From: a virus
Lineage: Duplodnaviria; Caudoviricetes
IMG/VR virus record: IMGVR_UViG_3300032294_001028
Location: 1 to 38,591 of that record
Direction: 5' to 3' (one strand)
DNA: 38,591 nucleotides
Shown here: positions 1 to 8,233 of the stretch, in pieces
Numbering within the stretch: the first letter of the stretch is position 1
Layout: each line of letters opens with the position of its first letter
Notes under the pieces: generated by a model
The model's input: the letters and a program-made list of their open reading frames with translations, nothing else
Databases searched by the model: none
What the model was told of the DNA's origin: nothing
Made by a program: the position numbers and the translations under genes

Positions 1-60
1 AAACCGAGAAGCCTGATGCGGTTAAATGAGGGCAAACAAAACCAATTAAATTTTAGAGAA

Positions 61-234
61 ATGAAAAACAACTTATTTGTAATCCTATTGACAGCATTGT
101 TTGTCACGCTCAAACTGACCTCCGTTATTGATTGGTCTTGGCTTTGGGTACTCTCTCCTGCGCCAATTAGTTTTGGTATTGGATTCGTTCGTGGATTTGT
201 AAAGGCTATAGTAAATCGCACCAACGAGAAATGA
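61..234 (+). CDS. Small phage membrane protein (2 TM)
   Basis: Hydrophobic ORF with LKLTSVIDWSWLWVLSP, a motif seen in small phage membrane proteins. ATG61 after an A-rich leader is preferred over ATG16. Confidence 0.75.
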   Translation: MKNNLFVILLTALFVTLKLTSVIDWSWLWVLSPAPISFGIGFVRGFVKAIVNRTNEK

Positions 235-443
235 AAATAACTAACGAAATAAAAAACGAAACATTGGTATGGGTTCTTGCATCAATATCTGATGTAGAAT
301 TGCAATCACAATGCGATATAGATGAAATTGTAGTAGAACCTCACGGTAGAAAATCAATGCCGTTTTACGCAAGTAAGGATTGGGTAAAGCCCCTAACTAA
401 AAATGAGGTTAGAGAATACTACAAGGAAATTGAAAACCTTTAA
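231..443 (+). CDS. Hypothetical protein
   Basis: 70-aa ORF with ATGA overlap on the upstream stop. Confidence 0.6.
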   Translation: MKITNEIKNETLVWVLASISDVELQSQCDIDEIVVEPHGRKSMPFYASKDWVKPLTKNEVREYYKEIENL

Positions 444-455
444 CACCAACGAGAA

Positions 456-827
456 ATGAAATATAAAAAGAAACCAGTAGTGATTGATGCCGTTCAATGG
501 ACGGGTGAGAATCACAGAGAAATATTTGACTTCCTTACAGAGAATGCTTTTGATGCAGAAGCAATGAAAGTAAGTGGAGAGCACTTTTACATTGACCACA
601 ATAAGGTTGATGGTGGATTGGTCATCAAGACCTTAGAAGGCGAACACCTTGCTTCTATCGGAGACTTTATCATCCGTGGAGTCAAAGGTGAATACTACCC
701 TTGCAAGCCAGATATCTTTGAGCAGACCTATGAGAAAGTAGAATACACTCATATCTGGACTGGTAATGAATGGTGGAAAGGCAACGGAACTATTACTGTT
801 CCTAACGGCACTGGAATAATGGAATAG
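456..827 (+). CDS. Conserved phage protein (KYxKKPVVIxAVQW ... GEYYPCKPDIFEQTYE family)
   Basis: N- and C-terminal motifs of a widespread phage family of unknown function. Confidence 0.85.
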   Translation: MKYKKKPVVIDAVQWTGENHREIFDFLTENAFDAEAMKVSGEHFYIDHNKVDGGLVIKTLEGEHLASIGDFIIRGVKGEYYPCKPDIFEQTYEKVEYTHIWTGNEWWKGNGTITVPNGTGIME

Positions 828-830
828 ATT

Positions 831-869
831 TTTTGCGGAAAGTACCGAATTATGGTACCTTTCGCAAAA
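831..869. repeat. Imperfect inverted repeat (16-bp arms, 7-nt loop)
   Basis: ttttgcggaaagtacc-gaattat-ggtacctttcgcaaaa; two differences between arms, one of them G-U compatible. Confidence 0.85.
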
Positions 870-923
870 TTTCACCCTTACAATGGCAGAGCAACTAGAA
901 CTAATCGAGCAATCACTATAGTT

Positions 924-1358
924 ATGAAGATTAAGACAGGTAAATACTACTCACAATGGGGTTTTGGTGTGTCATTCATTAAATACACCAAAGGTATGTG
1001 GTCAATCGTAGTCGACCTTGGTCCGTACTACATTGACTTCTACAATATGAACGGCAACAAAGGCGACAACCTCAAGGCGTTCAACGAATTCTACAAGAAC
1101 ATCGAAGACGACTTCGGTCCGGCTCCAGTATGCGATAAGTGCGGTAAGGAAAGCGAGTCGTGGGATGATCTTGTGCATAACATAGATTCCGCAACACAGT
1201 GGGAATTGTGGTGCTACGAGTGTGTTGATATGAAAAACAAAATCAATAATGAGCAAGATTCTATGAAAATCAAAACCAAAACGTCAAGTCGAGTTAACAA
1301 AAACAAAGGCAAAACGTCAAGTCGAGTTAACAAAAACAAAACCAATGAAAAATCCTAG
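924..1358 (+). CDS. Hypothetical protein with CxxC...CxxC putative Zn finger
   Basis: CDKC and CYEC pairs. ATG924 chosen because ATG852 lies within the hairpin. Confidence 0.55.
   Translation: MKIKTGKYYSQWGFGVSFIKYTKGMWSIVVDLGPYYIDFYNMNGNKGDNLKAFNEFYKNIEDDFGPAPVCDKCGKESESWDDLVHNIDSATQWELWCYECVDMKNKINNEQDSMKIKTKTSSRVNKNKGKTSSRVNKNKTNEKS
1277..1340 (+). repeat. Tandem duplication, two 31-bp copies, period 33
   Basis: caaaacgtcaagtcgagttaacaaaaacaaa at 1277-1307 and 1310-1340, encoding KTSSRVNKNK twice. Confidence 0.95.
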
Positions 1359-1491
1359 ACTGATTGCTGAACAATACAAAAAAGCGCAGTACTTTCGCAA
1401 TGTCTGTAAGTACAACCGGAAAGAAGCTGAGGCTAAGTACTGGTCTGGATACATAGACGCATTGAGTTTAATTCTAGAAACAGAGAAATGA
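1345..1491 (+). CDS. Small hypothetical protein, 48 aa (not in ORF track)
   Basis: MKNPRLIAEQYKKAQYFRNVCKYNRKEAEAKYWSGYIDALSLILETEK fills the gap and has an ATGA overlap with mazG. Confidence 0.7.
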   Translation: MKNPRLIAEQYKKAQYFRNVCKYNRKEAEAKYWSGYIDALSLILETEK

Positions 1492-1787
1492 CAACGGGAG
1501 AACTGTTCCTCGCAGTAGAGGACTGGGCACGCGAGCGAAACCTGCTCGAGCCAGAGTACAAAAGCCGTCAGGCACTTAAGGTTATGGAGGAAGTAGGTGA
1601 GACGATGGCCGCACTTGCTCGCGGAGACAAGCAAAAGCTTGCTGATGGCATCGGTGACTCTATCGTTACGCTCATCATCCTGGCTTCACAAGCTGGACTA
1701 AGCGCCCACGATTGTTTGCAGTTGGCGTACAACGAGATCAAGGATCGTAAGGGTCGTATGGTTGACGGAGTATTTATTAAGGAATAA
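1488..1787 (+). CDS. mazG: MazG-like nucleotide pyrophosphohydrolase
   Basis: KVMEEVGE...DGIGD acidic motif and C-terminal AYNEIKDRKG..VDGVFIKE, typical of phage MazG-like proteins. Confidence 0.88.
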   Translation: MTTGELFLAVEDWARERNLLEPEYKSRQALKVMEEVGETMAALARGDKQKLADGIGDSIVTLIILASQAGLSAHDCLQLAYNEIKDRKGRMVDGVFIKE

Positions 1788-1793
1788 AATTAT

Positions 1794-2204
1794 ATGAGCA
1801 GGACACCCAACTACTACGTAGGTAGAACACACGGTATCGAAGCTAGGAAGGTAGTAGAAGACTTTCAGTCTGACAACTACAACTTAGGCACAGCCTTGAC
1901 GTACATTATGCGGGCAGGAAAGAAGCCCGACAATCCAATCACTCAGGACATACGCAAAGCAATTGCACACCTTGAGTTTGAGCTAGAAAGACAACATTCA
2001 ATTCAACAGCAAAATGAGCGTACTCAACCAACCAGTAACGATCTTCCCGAGCGTAACACAGACCGACAACCCGTCCTACATAACCGTAGGTTCAGCGCTA
2101 AACCGAATCTTGACTGGTGGGAAACATCTTCCGCTGGTGCAGCAGGTGCGGAGTGGTCAGAAGGAGGCAAAGAAAAAGCTTCCGGTGATCCTATGGGCGG
2201 GTAA
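1794..2204 (+). CDS. DUF3310-like protein
   Basis: PNYY...YNLGTALTYIMRAGKK...QDIRKAIAHLE. The C-terminal ~64 codons overlap the primase gene. Confidence 0.75.
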   Translation: MSRTPNYYVGRTHGIEARKVVEDFQSDNYNLGTALTYIMRAGKKPDNPITQDIRKAIAHLEFELERQHSIQQQNERTQPTSNDLPERNTDRQPVLHNRRFSAKPNLDWWETSSAGAAGAEWSEGGKEKASGDPMGG

Positions 2205-3837
2205 GTTTGAGAGCCGCAAGGACGACTCACTACAGCAACACTCTGGACTAATCGTTCTTGACTTCGACCACATCGACGTCGAGGGTAGCAAGAACGTACT
2301 CTCCACCGACCCGTACGTATTCGCTTGCTGGATATCTCCATCGGGCGAAGGACTCAAGGCGTTGGTACGAGTATCTAATCCTAGCCTCCATAGAGACCAT
2401 TTCCGGGCACTTCAGTCGTACTTTGATACAGAGTATGGTCTTGAGGTAGATCCTTCAGGAATCAACGAATCCAGGGCCTGCTTTGACAGCTACGACTCAC
2501 AGATTGTAGTCAACGAAGACTCCAACATCTTTGGCCAAATGCTGTCCGAGAAAGCCATCTCGCAAAAGGCCGAACAAAAGGACCACTACACTGACTACAA
2601 CAAGTTAGCTGTTGTCTCATCTATGATTCGTCGTGCAGACGATGGAGAGAAGCACGCCACACTACTGAAAGCGGCTATACTTTGTGGTGGCTACATTGCA
2701 GTTGGGCGTATGGAAGAGGACGAGGCAATCCACGTACTGGAGCGAGAGATCCTCAAGCGTGACGTTGACTCCATTGAGACAGCACGCAATACTATCCGAG
2801 ACGGAATTGAGAAGGGCAAGACGATGCCTATCCGTGAAGTACTTGAGAACGAGAACTCCGTCAAGCTGGAGATGATGATCAACGACGGTGATATGTCGTT
2901 CATCTCTTCGGATGATGAAGACTACCGTTGGATTCAGGACTTCATTGACGGAAAGCTAATACTAGGACTATCAACTGGTTGCGAGAGTCTAGACAAACAC
3001 TTCTTGTTCAAGCGTGACTTCACCATCATCAACGGTATCTCAAACATCGGTAAGTCTACGTTCGCGATGTATATGATTGTATCATCAGCTGTCCTTCACG
3101 ATTGGCGTTGGGTAATCTACTCTGCCGAGAACAGAACAGCCGCGGTGAAGATGAAGCTCATCCAGTTTGCAACTAACGTACCAGTGAAAGACCTGCGCCC
3201 AAGTGAACTCAAGCAGGCATACCAGTGGGTGAACGATCACTTCACCATCATCAGCAACAAGAACTTATACTCGTACACAGACCTGATGATCTTCGCAGAA
3301 AAGCTTGTTCGTCAAGGTAACTACGATGGGTACTTCATTGACCCATACAATAGCCTGAAGATTCAGATGTCTCACGGAACAGCTCTGTCCACACACGACT
3401 ACCACTACGAGGCAGCGTCAGAGTTCTTGAGCTTCACGCAGTCGCACAATATGGCTCTGTGGCTTTCTACCCACGCGGTAACGGAAGCACAGCGTAGGAA
3501 GGGAGACGATGGTTTGCCTCAGGCTCCGTACGCAGAAGACACTGAAGGTGGCGGTAAGTTCGTCAATAAGTCAGACAATTTCTTGACCTTTCACCGTAAG
3601 ATTCAGCACGCTCAGTACGATATGCGGCGCACCGTAGAGCTGCACGTTCGTAAGATCCGCGAGGTAGAATCTGGTGGAGAACCGACTAGCCTTGACTACC
3701 CAGTGTTGTTTGAGATGAACAAATTCAATACTGGATTCGTAAACAAACTCAGCAGTAAACCCCTGTTTCCTTCAATACTGAAACCAATTGTTGAAAAGTT
3801 AGACTTTGAAGTTGGCTCAATTCATACAGCTTTCTAG
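2014..3837 (+). CDS. Primase-helicase: BT4734/VirE-N-like primase domain fused to a DnaB-like SF4 helicase
   Basis: IVLDFDHI and SPSGEGLK in the N-terminus; Walker A GISNIGKS, Walker B FIDPYN, and H4-like GGGKFVNKSD. Confidence 0.85.
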   Translation: MSVLNQPVTIFPSVTQTDNPSYITVGSALNRILTGGKHLPLVQQVRSGQKEAKKKLPVILWAGKFESRKDDSLQQHSGLIVLDFDHIDVEGSKNVLSTDPYVFACWISPSGEGLKALVRVSNPSLHRDHFRALQSYFDTEYGLEVDPSGINESRACFDSYDSQIVVNEDSNIFGQMLSEKAISQKAEQKDHYTDYNKLAVVSSMIRRADDGEKHATLLKAAILCGGYIAVGRMEEDEAIHVLEREILKRDVDSIETARNTIRDGIEKGKTMPIREVLENENSVKLEMMINDGDMSFISSDDEDYRWIQDFIDGKLILGLSTGCESLDKHFLFKRDFTIINGISNIGKSTFAMYMIVSSAVLHDWRWVIYSAENRTAAVKMKLIQFATNVPVKDLRPSELKQAYQWVNDHFTIISNKNLYSYTDLMIFAEKLVRQGNYDGYFIDPYNSLKIQMSHGTALSTHDYHYEAASEFLSFTQSHNMALWLSTHAVTEAQRRKGDDGLPQAPYAEDTEGGGKFVNKSDNFLTFHRKIQHAQYDMRRTVELHVRKIREVESGGEPTSLDYPVLFEMNKFNTGFVNKLSSKPLFPSILKPIVEKLDFEVGSIHTAF

Positions 3838-3845
3838 TATCTTTG
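3838..3845 (+). promoter_or_regulatory. Bacteroidota-type -7 promoter box TATCTTTG
   Basis: Matches TAnnTTTG, 4 nt before ATG3850. Confidence 0.6.
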
Positions 3846-3849
3846 GGTA

Positions 3850-4227
3850 ATGACAATTGATTACAATGAAATTGAAATTAAACTTCCACCGCCTCCATCG
3901 CTTAACAAGCTTTATGCTGGAAGGCATTGGTCATATAGGGTCAAAGAGAAAGAGTCTTATTATAGACACATTGAGTCTTCACTTTCAAAATATGATAAGT
4001 GGTCTACTGAGCGCTTTGCTATCTATCTGTCTAGGAATCATCGCAGTGATTTGGATAATAGTATCGTTGCTGTTAAGTTCCTTGCCGATTATCTTCGCTA
4101 TAATGGATATGTTGTTGATGATACTCCTAGATATTTCACAGAACTTAGAATCGTTGACGAAAAATCTATCGAGAAAAATACATTTGTTGCAAAAATAATT
4201 TGCTATGGATTCAAGTACGCTGACTAA
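3850..4227 (+). CDS. rusA: RusA-like Holliday junction resolvase
   Basis: PPSLN N-terminus, DLDN..VKFLADYL and DD motifs. Confidence 0.8.
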   Translation: MTIDYNEIEIKLPPPPSLNKLYAGRHWSYRVKEKESYYRHIESSLSKYDKWSTERFAIYLSRNHRSDLDNSIVAVKFLADYLRYNGYVVDDTPRYFTELRIVDEKSIEKNTFVAKIICYGFKYAD

Positions 4228-4759
4228 AGTTTGTACATCTTGTCTTGTTGAGAAAGAATTAAATGACTTCCATAAAGACAAAAGTGGTAGGTATGGACGC
4301 AGATCAAAATGTATAGTTTGTAAAAAAGAATATCACGATAACTACAACAAGAAGTGGTATCAAGAAAACAAACACATTCGATCTAATCAAATAAAAGAAT
4401 ACGCAAAAAACAATAGAGACAAAGACAGGGACAGATATAGAAAAAGAATGGGTTCAGATCCTTTATTTAGATTAGCTAGGTCTATGAGAGCGAGAATATA
4501 CAATGCCCTAGTTGGTAAAAACAAAAAGCCATCATTTTCTTTTGTTGGGTGCAGCGTATTAGAACTTAAAGAACATCTAGAAAAACAATTTAAAGATGGT
4601 ATGGATTGGAACAACTATGGTGCGTGGCACGTTGATCACATAAAGCCATTGTCTTCAGCAAGAGATTCAGAAGAGATTGTAACTCTATGTCACTATACCA
4701 ACCTTCAACCTCTTTGGGCTACTGAAAACATAATTAAATCAAACAAATATGACTCTTGA
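4205..4759 (+). CDS. Free-standing HNH (homing) endonuclease with N-terminal Zn finger
   Basis: CTSC/CIVC and WHVDHIKPLS...HYTNLQPLWATENIIKSN; AT-rich. Confidence 0.85.
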   Translation: MDSSTLTKVCTSCLVEKELNDFHKDKSGRYGRRSKCIVCKKEYHDNYNKKWYQENKHIRSNQIKEYAKNNRDKDRDRYRKRMGSDPLFRLARSMRARIYNALVGKNKKPSFSFVGCSVLELKEHLEKQFKDGMDWNNYGAWHVDHIKPLSSARDSEEIVTLCHYTNLQPLWATENIIKSNKYDS

Positions 4760-4967
4760 ACAACTCAGCCGGATTTACTTCTTAGCGACGGCACGGATCT
4801 CGGAAGGAAGCGCAGAACTGTACGAAGCAGTACACGATGAAAAGGGCAGCCCAATCCTGGACGAAAAGCAACTAAGCGAAATAACAAATAAGTACTCACG
4901 TTCATTCCGCATTGAGCTTGACCTGATGCGTGCCGCATTGAGCGAGTACAAAGAGCAACACGGATGA
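4749..4967 (+). CDS. Hypothetical protein
   Basis: 72 aa, overlapping both neighbours, phage-like codon usage. Confidence 0.7.
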   Translation: MTLEQLSRIYFLATARISEGSAELYEAVHDEKGSPILDEKQLSEITNKYSRSFRIELDLMRAALSEYKEQHG

Positions 4968-5926
4968 TTAACGTTGTACATATTGATGGGCTAAATGGTG
5001 TAAACTACCATAGGCTCATTGCTCCGTTGACTAAACTACAGGAGCTTGGACTGGACTTTCACTGGATCCAGTCGCTAGAGGAGTTAAAGAACTTAAATCT
5101 AGACAAGGTAGACAACCTAATAGTTTCCAGAAAAGTTTCTGTAAATAACCACAAGGAGTTTAGCAGAATGCTAAAGAGTCACGGGGTTAGGCTCATACTT
5201 GACAATGACGACTATTGGACACTCAACCCTGAGAATCCAGCAAAGGCGCTATATGAAACGTACTACAGCCCAGACATCAAGAAGACCATCAAGATTGCTG
5301 ACGTAATTTGGACTCCATCTAAGTATCTGGCTAAGCAGATGGCTAAAGAGAATCCTAAGGCCATCATTGAATTCGTAAACAATGCAATCAATGGAACAGA
5401 AAAACAATGGGCAGATCAGCGAAAGACTCGCTCTTCTGTTGTCCGCTTTGGCTATATGGGGGCTATTGGCCATAACAATGATGTGAGAGAGATTGGATAT
5501 GACTTCTCCAAGATCTATACGTTTGGCGTAAAAGATATGGGCTATGAAGACATATTTCACTTCAACAAAACTTCTGAGCCAAAGACCTCTTTTGACTACG
5601 CATCGCTATACAAGCAGGTAGACGTTAGTCTTGTTCCTCTGGCAGCAAACAGATTTAATTGGTGTAAGAGTGACCTTAAGATTACTGAGGCAGCCTGGAC
5701 AAACACAGCTGTCATAGCATCCAACACTCGCCCATACAATCAGATTGTGCGCCACGGTGAGACTGGACTCCTATGTTCAACTAGAGAAGAGTGGGCTGAG
5801 GCTATTGATATGATGGACAAGAAGCTGGCAAAGAAGCTTGCAAACAACCTATGGGAAGATCTCAGGTTTCACGAAGACTATAATCTTGACAAGGTAAACG
5901 GCAAGCGTCTAAAGTATATCGGATGA
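4964..5926 (+). CDS. Glycosyltransferase, GT-B fold (GT4-like)
   Basis: YHRL..P, DNDDYW, DVSLVPL...FNWCKSDLKITEA, VIAS...PY, GETGLL. Confidence 0.85.
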   Translation: MINVVHIDGLNGVNYHRLIAPLTKLQELGLDFHWIQSLEELKNLNLDKVDNLIVSRKVSVNNHKEFSRMLKSHGVRLILDNDDYWTLNPENPAKALYETYYSPDIKKTIKIADVIWTPSKYLAKQMAKENPKAIIEFVNNAINGTEKQWADQRKTRSSVVRFGYMGAIGHNNDVREIGYDFSKIYTFGVKDMGYEDIFHFNKTSEPKTSFDYASLYKQVDVSLVPLAANRFNWCKSDLKITEAAWTNTAVIASNTRPYNQIVRHGETGLLCSTREEWAEAIDMMDKKLAKKLANNLWEDLRFHEDYNLDKVNGKRLKYIG

Positions 5927-6462
5927 TACATATACTGACTCCCTGTCATCGTCCTGAAAATCTAGATAAGATAAGCAAGACGATACCGAAAGAATGCAAT
6001 TGGATAATAGTATTTGATTCAATGGTAGATAACCCTCCTGTTATTGATGGTGCTGTATGTATGAATTCAAATATGACTGGAGGCTTTGGATCGCATAACA
6101 GAAACTATGCGTTTGACAATTTCCCATTTGAAGACAACGACTGGATTTTTTGGCTGGACAGCGACAACATTGTACACCCAAGCTGGTACGATCGAGTTAA
6201 GGAGTTTGTAGATTCAGATGATGATGTTTGTATGGTAACTTGGAATCAAGTAAACAGAAATCTAGACATCAGACTTTCTGCTACTACTGAGCCTATGGTT
6301 GGCGGCATTGATTCCGCATCTTTTATGTGCAAGTGGAAGTATGTTAAAGACATCAGGTGCACTGACAGTTATTTCCACGACGGCGAATATGCGGTTGCCT
6401 GCGCAGAACGAGGTAAGGTTATTGCTATACAAGAGAACTTGAGCTATTACAACTATTTATGA
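5923..6462 (+). CDS. Glycosyltransferase, GT-A fold (GT2-like)
   Basis: HILTPCHRP start, RNYA, WLDSDN (DxD), IDSASF. Confidence 0.8.
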   Translation: MIHILTPCHRPENLDKISKTIPKECNWIIVFDSMVDNPPVIDGAVCMNSNMTGGFGSHNRNYAFDNFPFEDNDWIFWLDSDNIVHPSWYDRVKEFVDSDDDVCMVTWNQVNRNLDIRLSATTEPMVGGIDSASFMCKWKYVKDIRCTDSYFHDGEYAVACAERGKVIAIQENLSYYNYL

Positions 6463-6866
6463 TCAAGTACGAGAGGGAGCTGTTCAAGCTCATTAAACAG
6501 CACCTTGCTCACGACCTTGAGGAGAGCGAGCACAAGATGTCCAAGTACGATTGCTACTCTTTGTCGTATAACGCAGACATCGAGCTCAAGTGCAGGAACG
6601 TCCACTACGACGATCTTGTTATAGAGAAGATCAAGTACGATGCCCTAATTGGTAGAGCTGCTATGTTTGGGACTCGTCCCATTTACATCAACTCAACGCC
6701 TCTTGGGGTCTGGTCTTTCCGTTTGGACGAGCTTGAAGAGCCAGCGTGGGAGGATCGCCGGATGCCAAAGACAACCTACTTTTCCAACAACAATATGATT
6801 GTCAAGGTGGTAGGGTACTACAATATTTCGCTAGGAAAAAACATCACAGACTTGCTAGGTTTGTAG
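6459..6866 (+). CDS. PD-(D/E)xK-like nuclease-fold phage protein
   Basis: YDC......IELKCR motif, followed by IEKIKYD and YIN. Confidence 0.65.
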   Translation: MIKYERELFKLIKQHLAHDLEESEHKMSKYDCYSLSYNADIELKCRNVHYDDLVIEKIKYDALIGRAAMFGTRPIYINSTPLGVWSFRLDELEEPAWEDRRMPKTTYFSNNNMIVKVVGYYNISLGKNITDLLGL

Positions 6867-6892
6867 ACTGTTCATATCTTCGCGTTCCGTTT

Positions 6893-6916
6893 GGGTCACA
6901 TCTGTGGCCCTTTTTT
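6893..6916 (+). terminator. Intrinsic terminator-like hairpin before nrdB
   Basis: gggtcac-atct-gtggccc followed by tttttt. Confidence 0.7.
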
Positions 6917-6938
6917 GTCTAATCTAAAATCAACCAAT

Positions 6939-7934
6939 ATGGGACTATTTGACGAGCGAATTGCTTTCAAACCCTTTGAGCATCCTCAATACTTTACCGA
7001 AGGATGGCTGCCTCAAGCTCAGGCCTTCTGGCTGTATACTGAAATCTCAATGCAGGGAGACGTTAAGGACTTTAAGGAGAACCTCACTCCTGCTGAACGG
7101 CATTTAGTTGGCAACATCCTGCTCGGCTTTGCACAGACCGAGACAGCTGTTGGAGACTACTGGACCGGTATGGTAACAAAGTGGTTCCCTAAGCACGAGA
7201 TTAAGCAGATGGCTATTATGTTTGGATCACAGGAGACCATTCACGCCGCTGCCTACAGCTACCTCAACGAGACGCTTGGACTTGAAGACTTTGAGGCGTT
7301 CCTTCACGAGCCTGCTACAGCTGCTCGTTTTGAAAACCTCGTCAATACGAAGGCTGGATACGACCATAATATCTTGAAGATCAGCCCGGTAGCTAGAAAG
7401 GATATTGCTCGCTCCATTGCGGTGTTCTCTGCGTTTGCAGAAGGCGTAGCATTGTATTCTTCTTTTGCTGTTCTCTACTCATTTCAAATGCGCAACCTTC
7501 TAAAGGGAATTGGACAGCAGATGAAGTGGAGTGTGCGAGACGAGAGCCTCCACAGTAAGATGGGTTGCGTTCTGTTCAACCACTTGTGTAGTGAATACTC
7601 TGAGATTCGAAACTCCGTACGTTCAGAAGTAGAGGAGGCCGCACGTGTTGCTGTTGAGATGGAGATGAACTTCATCGACAAGATGTTTGAGATGGGTGAC
7701 CTCGAGAACCTTAAGTCGGAGGACTTGAAAGAGTTTATCAAAAAAAGAGCTAACGAAAAGTTGCAGGAGTTGGGATATGAAAGTATCTTTGACTACGACA
7801 AGGATAAAGCAGCTGAGCTTGACTGGTTTAATCACTTAGCCGGAGGAGTAACGCATACTGACTTCTTTGCCATAAGACCAACAGATTATAGTAAAGCTAA
7901 CGAAGGAGAAGACTTTGAAGCAATCTGGGACTAA
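6939..7934 (+). CDS. nrdB: Class I ribonucleotide reductase beta subunit
   Basis: Ferritin-like ligands TE, ETIH...Y (radical Tyr), AEG..LYSSF and RDESLH. ATG6939 preferred over TTG6891. Confidence 0.95.
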   Translation: MGLFDERIAFKPFEHPQYFTEGWLPQAQAFWLYTEISMQGDVKDFKENLTPAERHLVGNILLGFAQTETAVGDYWTGMVTKWFPKHEIKQMAIMFGSQETIHAAAYSYLNETLGLEDFEAFLHEPATAARFENLVNTKAGYDHNILKISPVARKDIARSIAVFSAFAEGVALYSSFAVLYSFQMRNLLKGIGQQMKWSVRDESLHSKMGCVLFNHLCSEYSEIRNSVRSEVEEAARVAVEMEMNFIDKMFEMGDLENLKSEDLKEFIKKRANEKLQELGYESIFDYDKDKAAELDWFNHLAGGVTHTDFFAIRPTDYSKANEGEDFEAIWD

Positions 7935-8233
7935 TGAACACAGTAATAGCCGTAGTAACTACAATCAGGGACGAGTATGGTGTTCCTGTCTGGGCAATGA
8001 GGAGTAGCAGTCGTGTAGCTAAAGTTCGTGAAGCAAGACAACTTGCTCTTCACTTTATACACAGGCACGCAAAGTTTACGTTGGCCAAGTCAGGCCAAAG
8101 GCTAAACAGAGACCACTCCACCGTAGTGCACAGCAATAAAGTTGTAGCCAACGAGATTGCCATAAGCAAAAAATACCGAGAAAAATACGAGTTCATCAAT
8201 GGAATAATCTTAAACAAAATAAATAATGGCTAA
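7934..8233 (+). CDS. Stand-alone DnaA domain IV-like helix-turn-helix protein
   Basis: SSR...VREARQLA...TLAKSG..LNRDHSTVVHS resembles the DnaA C-terminal signature RDHTTV. Confidence 0.8.
   Translation: MNTVIAVVTTIRDEYGVPVWAMRSSSRVAKVREARQLALHFIHRHAKFTLAKSGQRLNRDHSTVVHSNKVVANEIAISKKYREKYEFINGIILNKINNG

Noticed and set aside
825-852. TAG read-through or alternative genetic code (ORF456 is in frame with ORF852)
   Set aside because: All large genes are intact in the standard code, and TAG ends nrdA and the helicase at natural C-termini.
1277-1340. CRISPR-like mini-array
   Set aside because: Only two copies separated by 2 bp, with no spacer.
2014-2204. Functional dual coding of the DUF3310 tail over the primase start
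   Set aside because: The domain ends before the overlap and the tail looks like run-on sequence.
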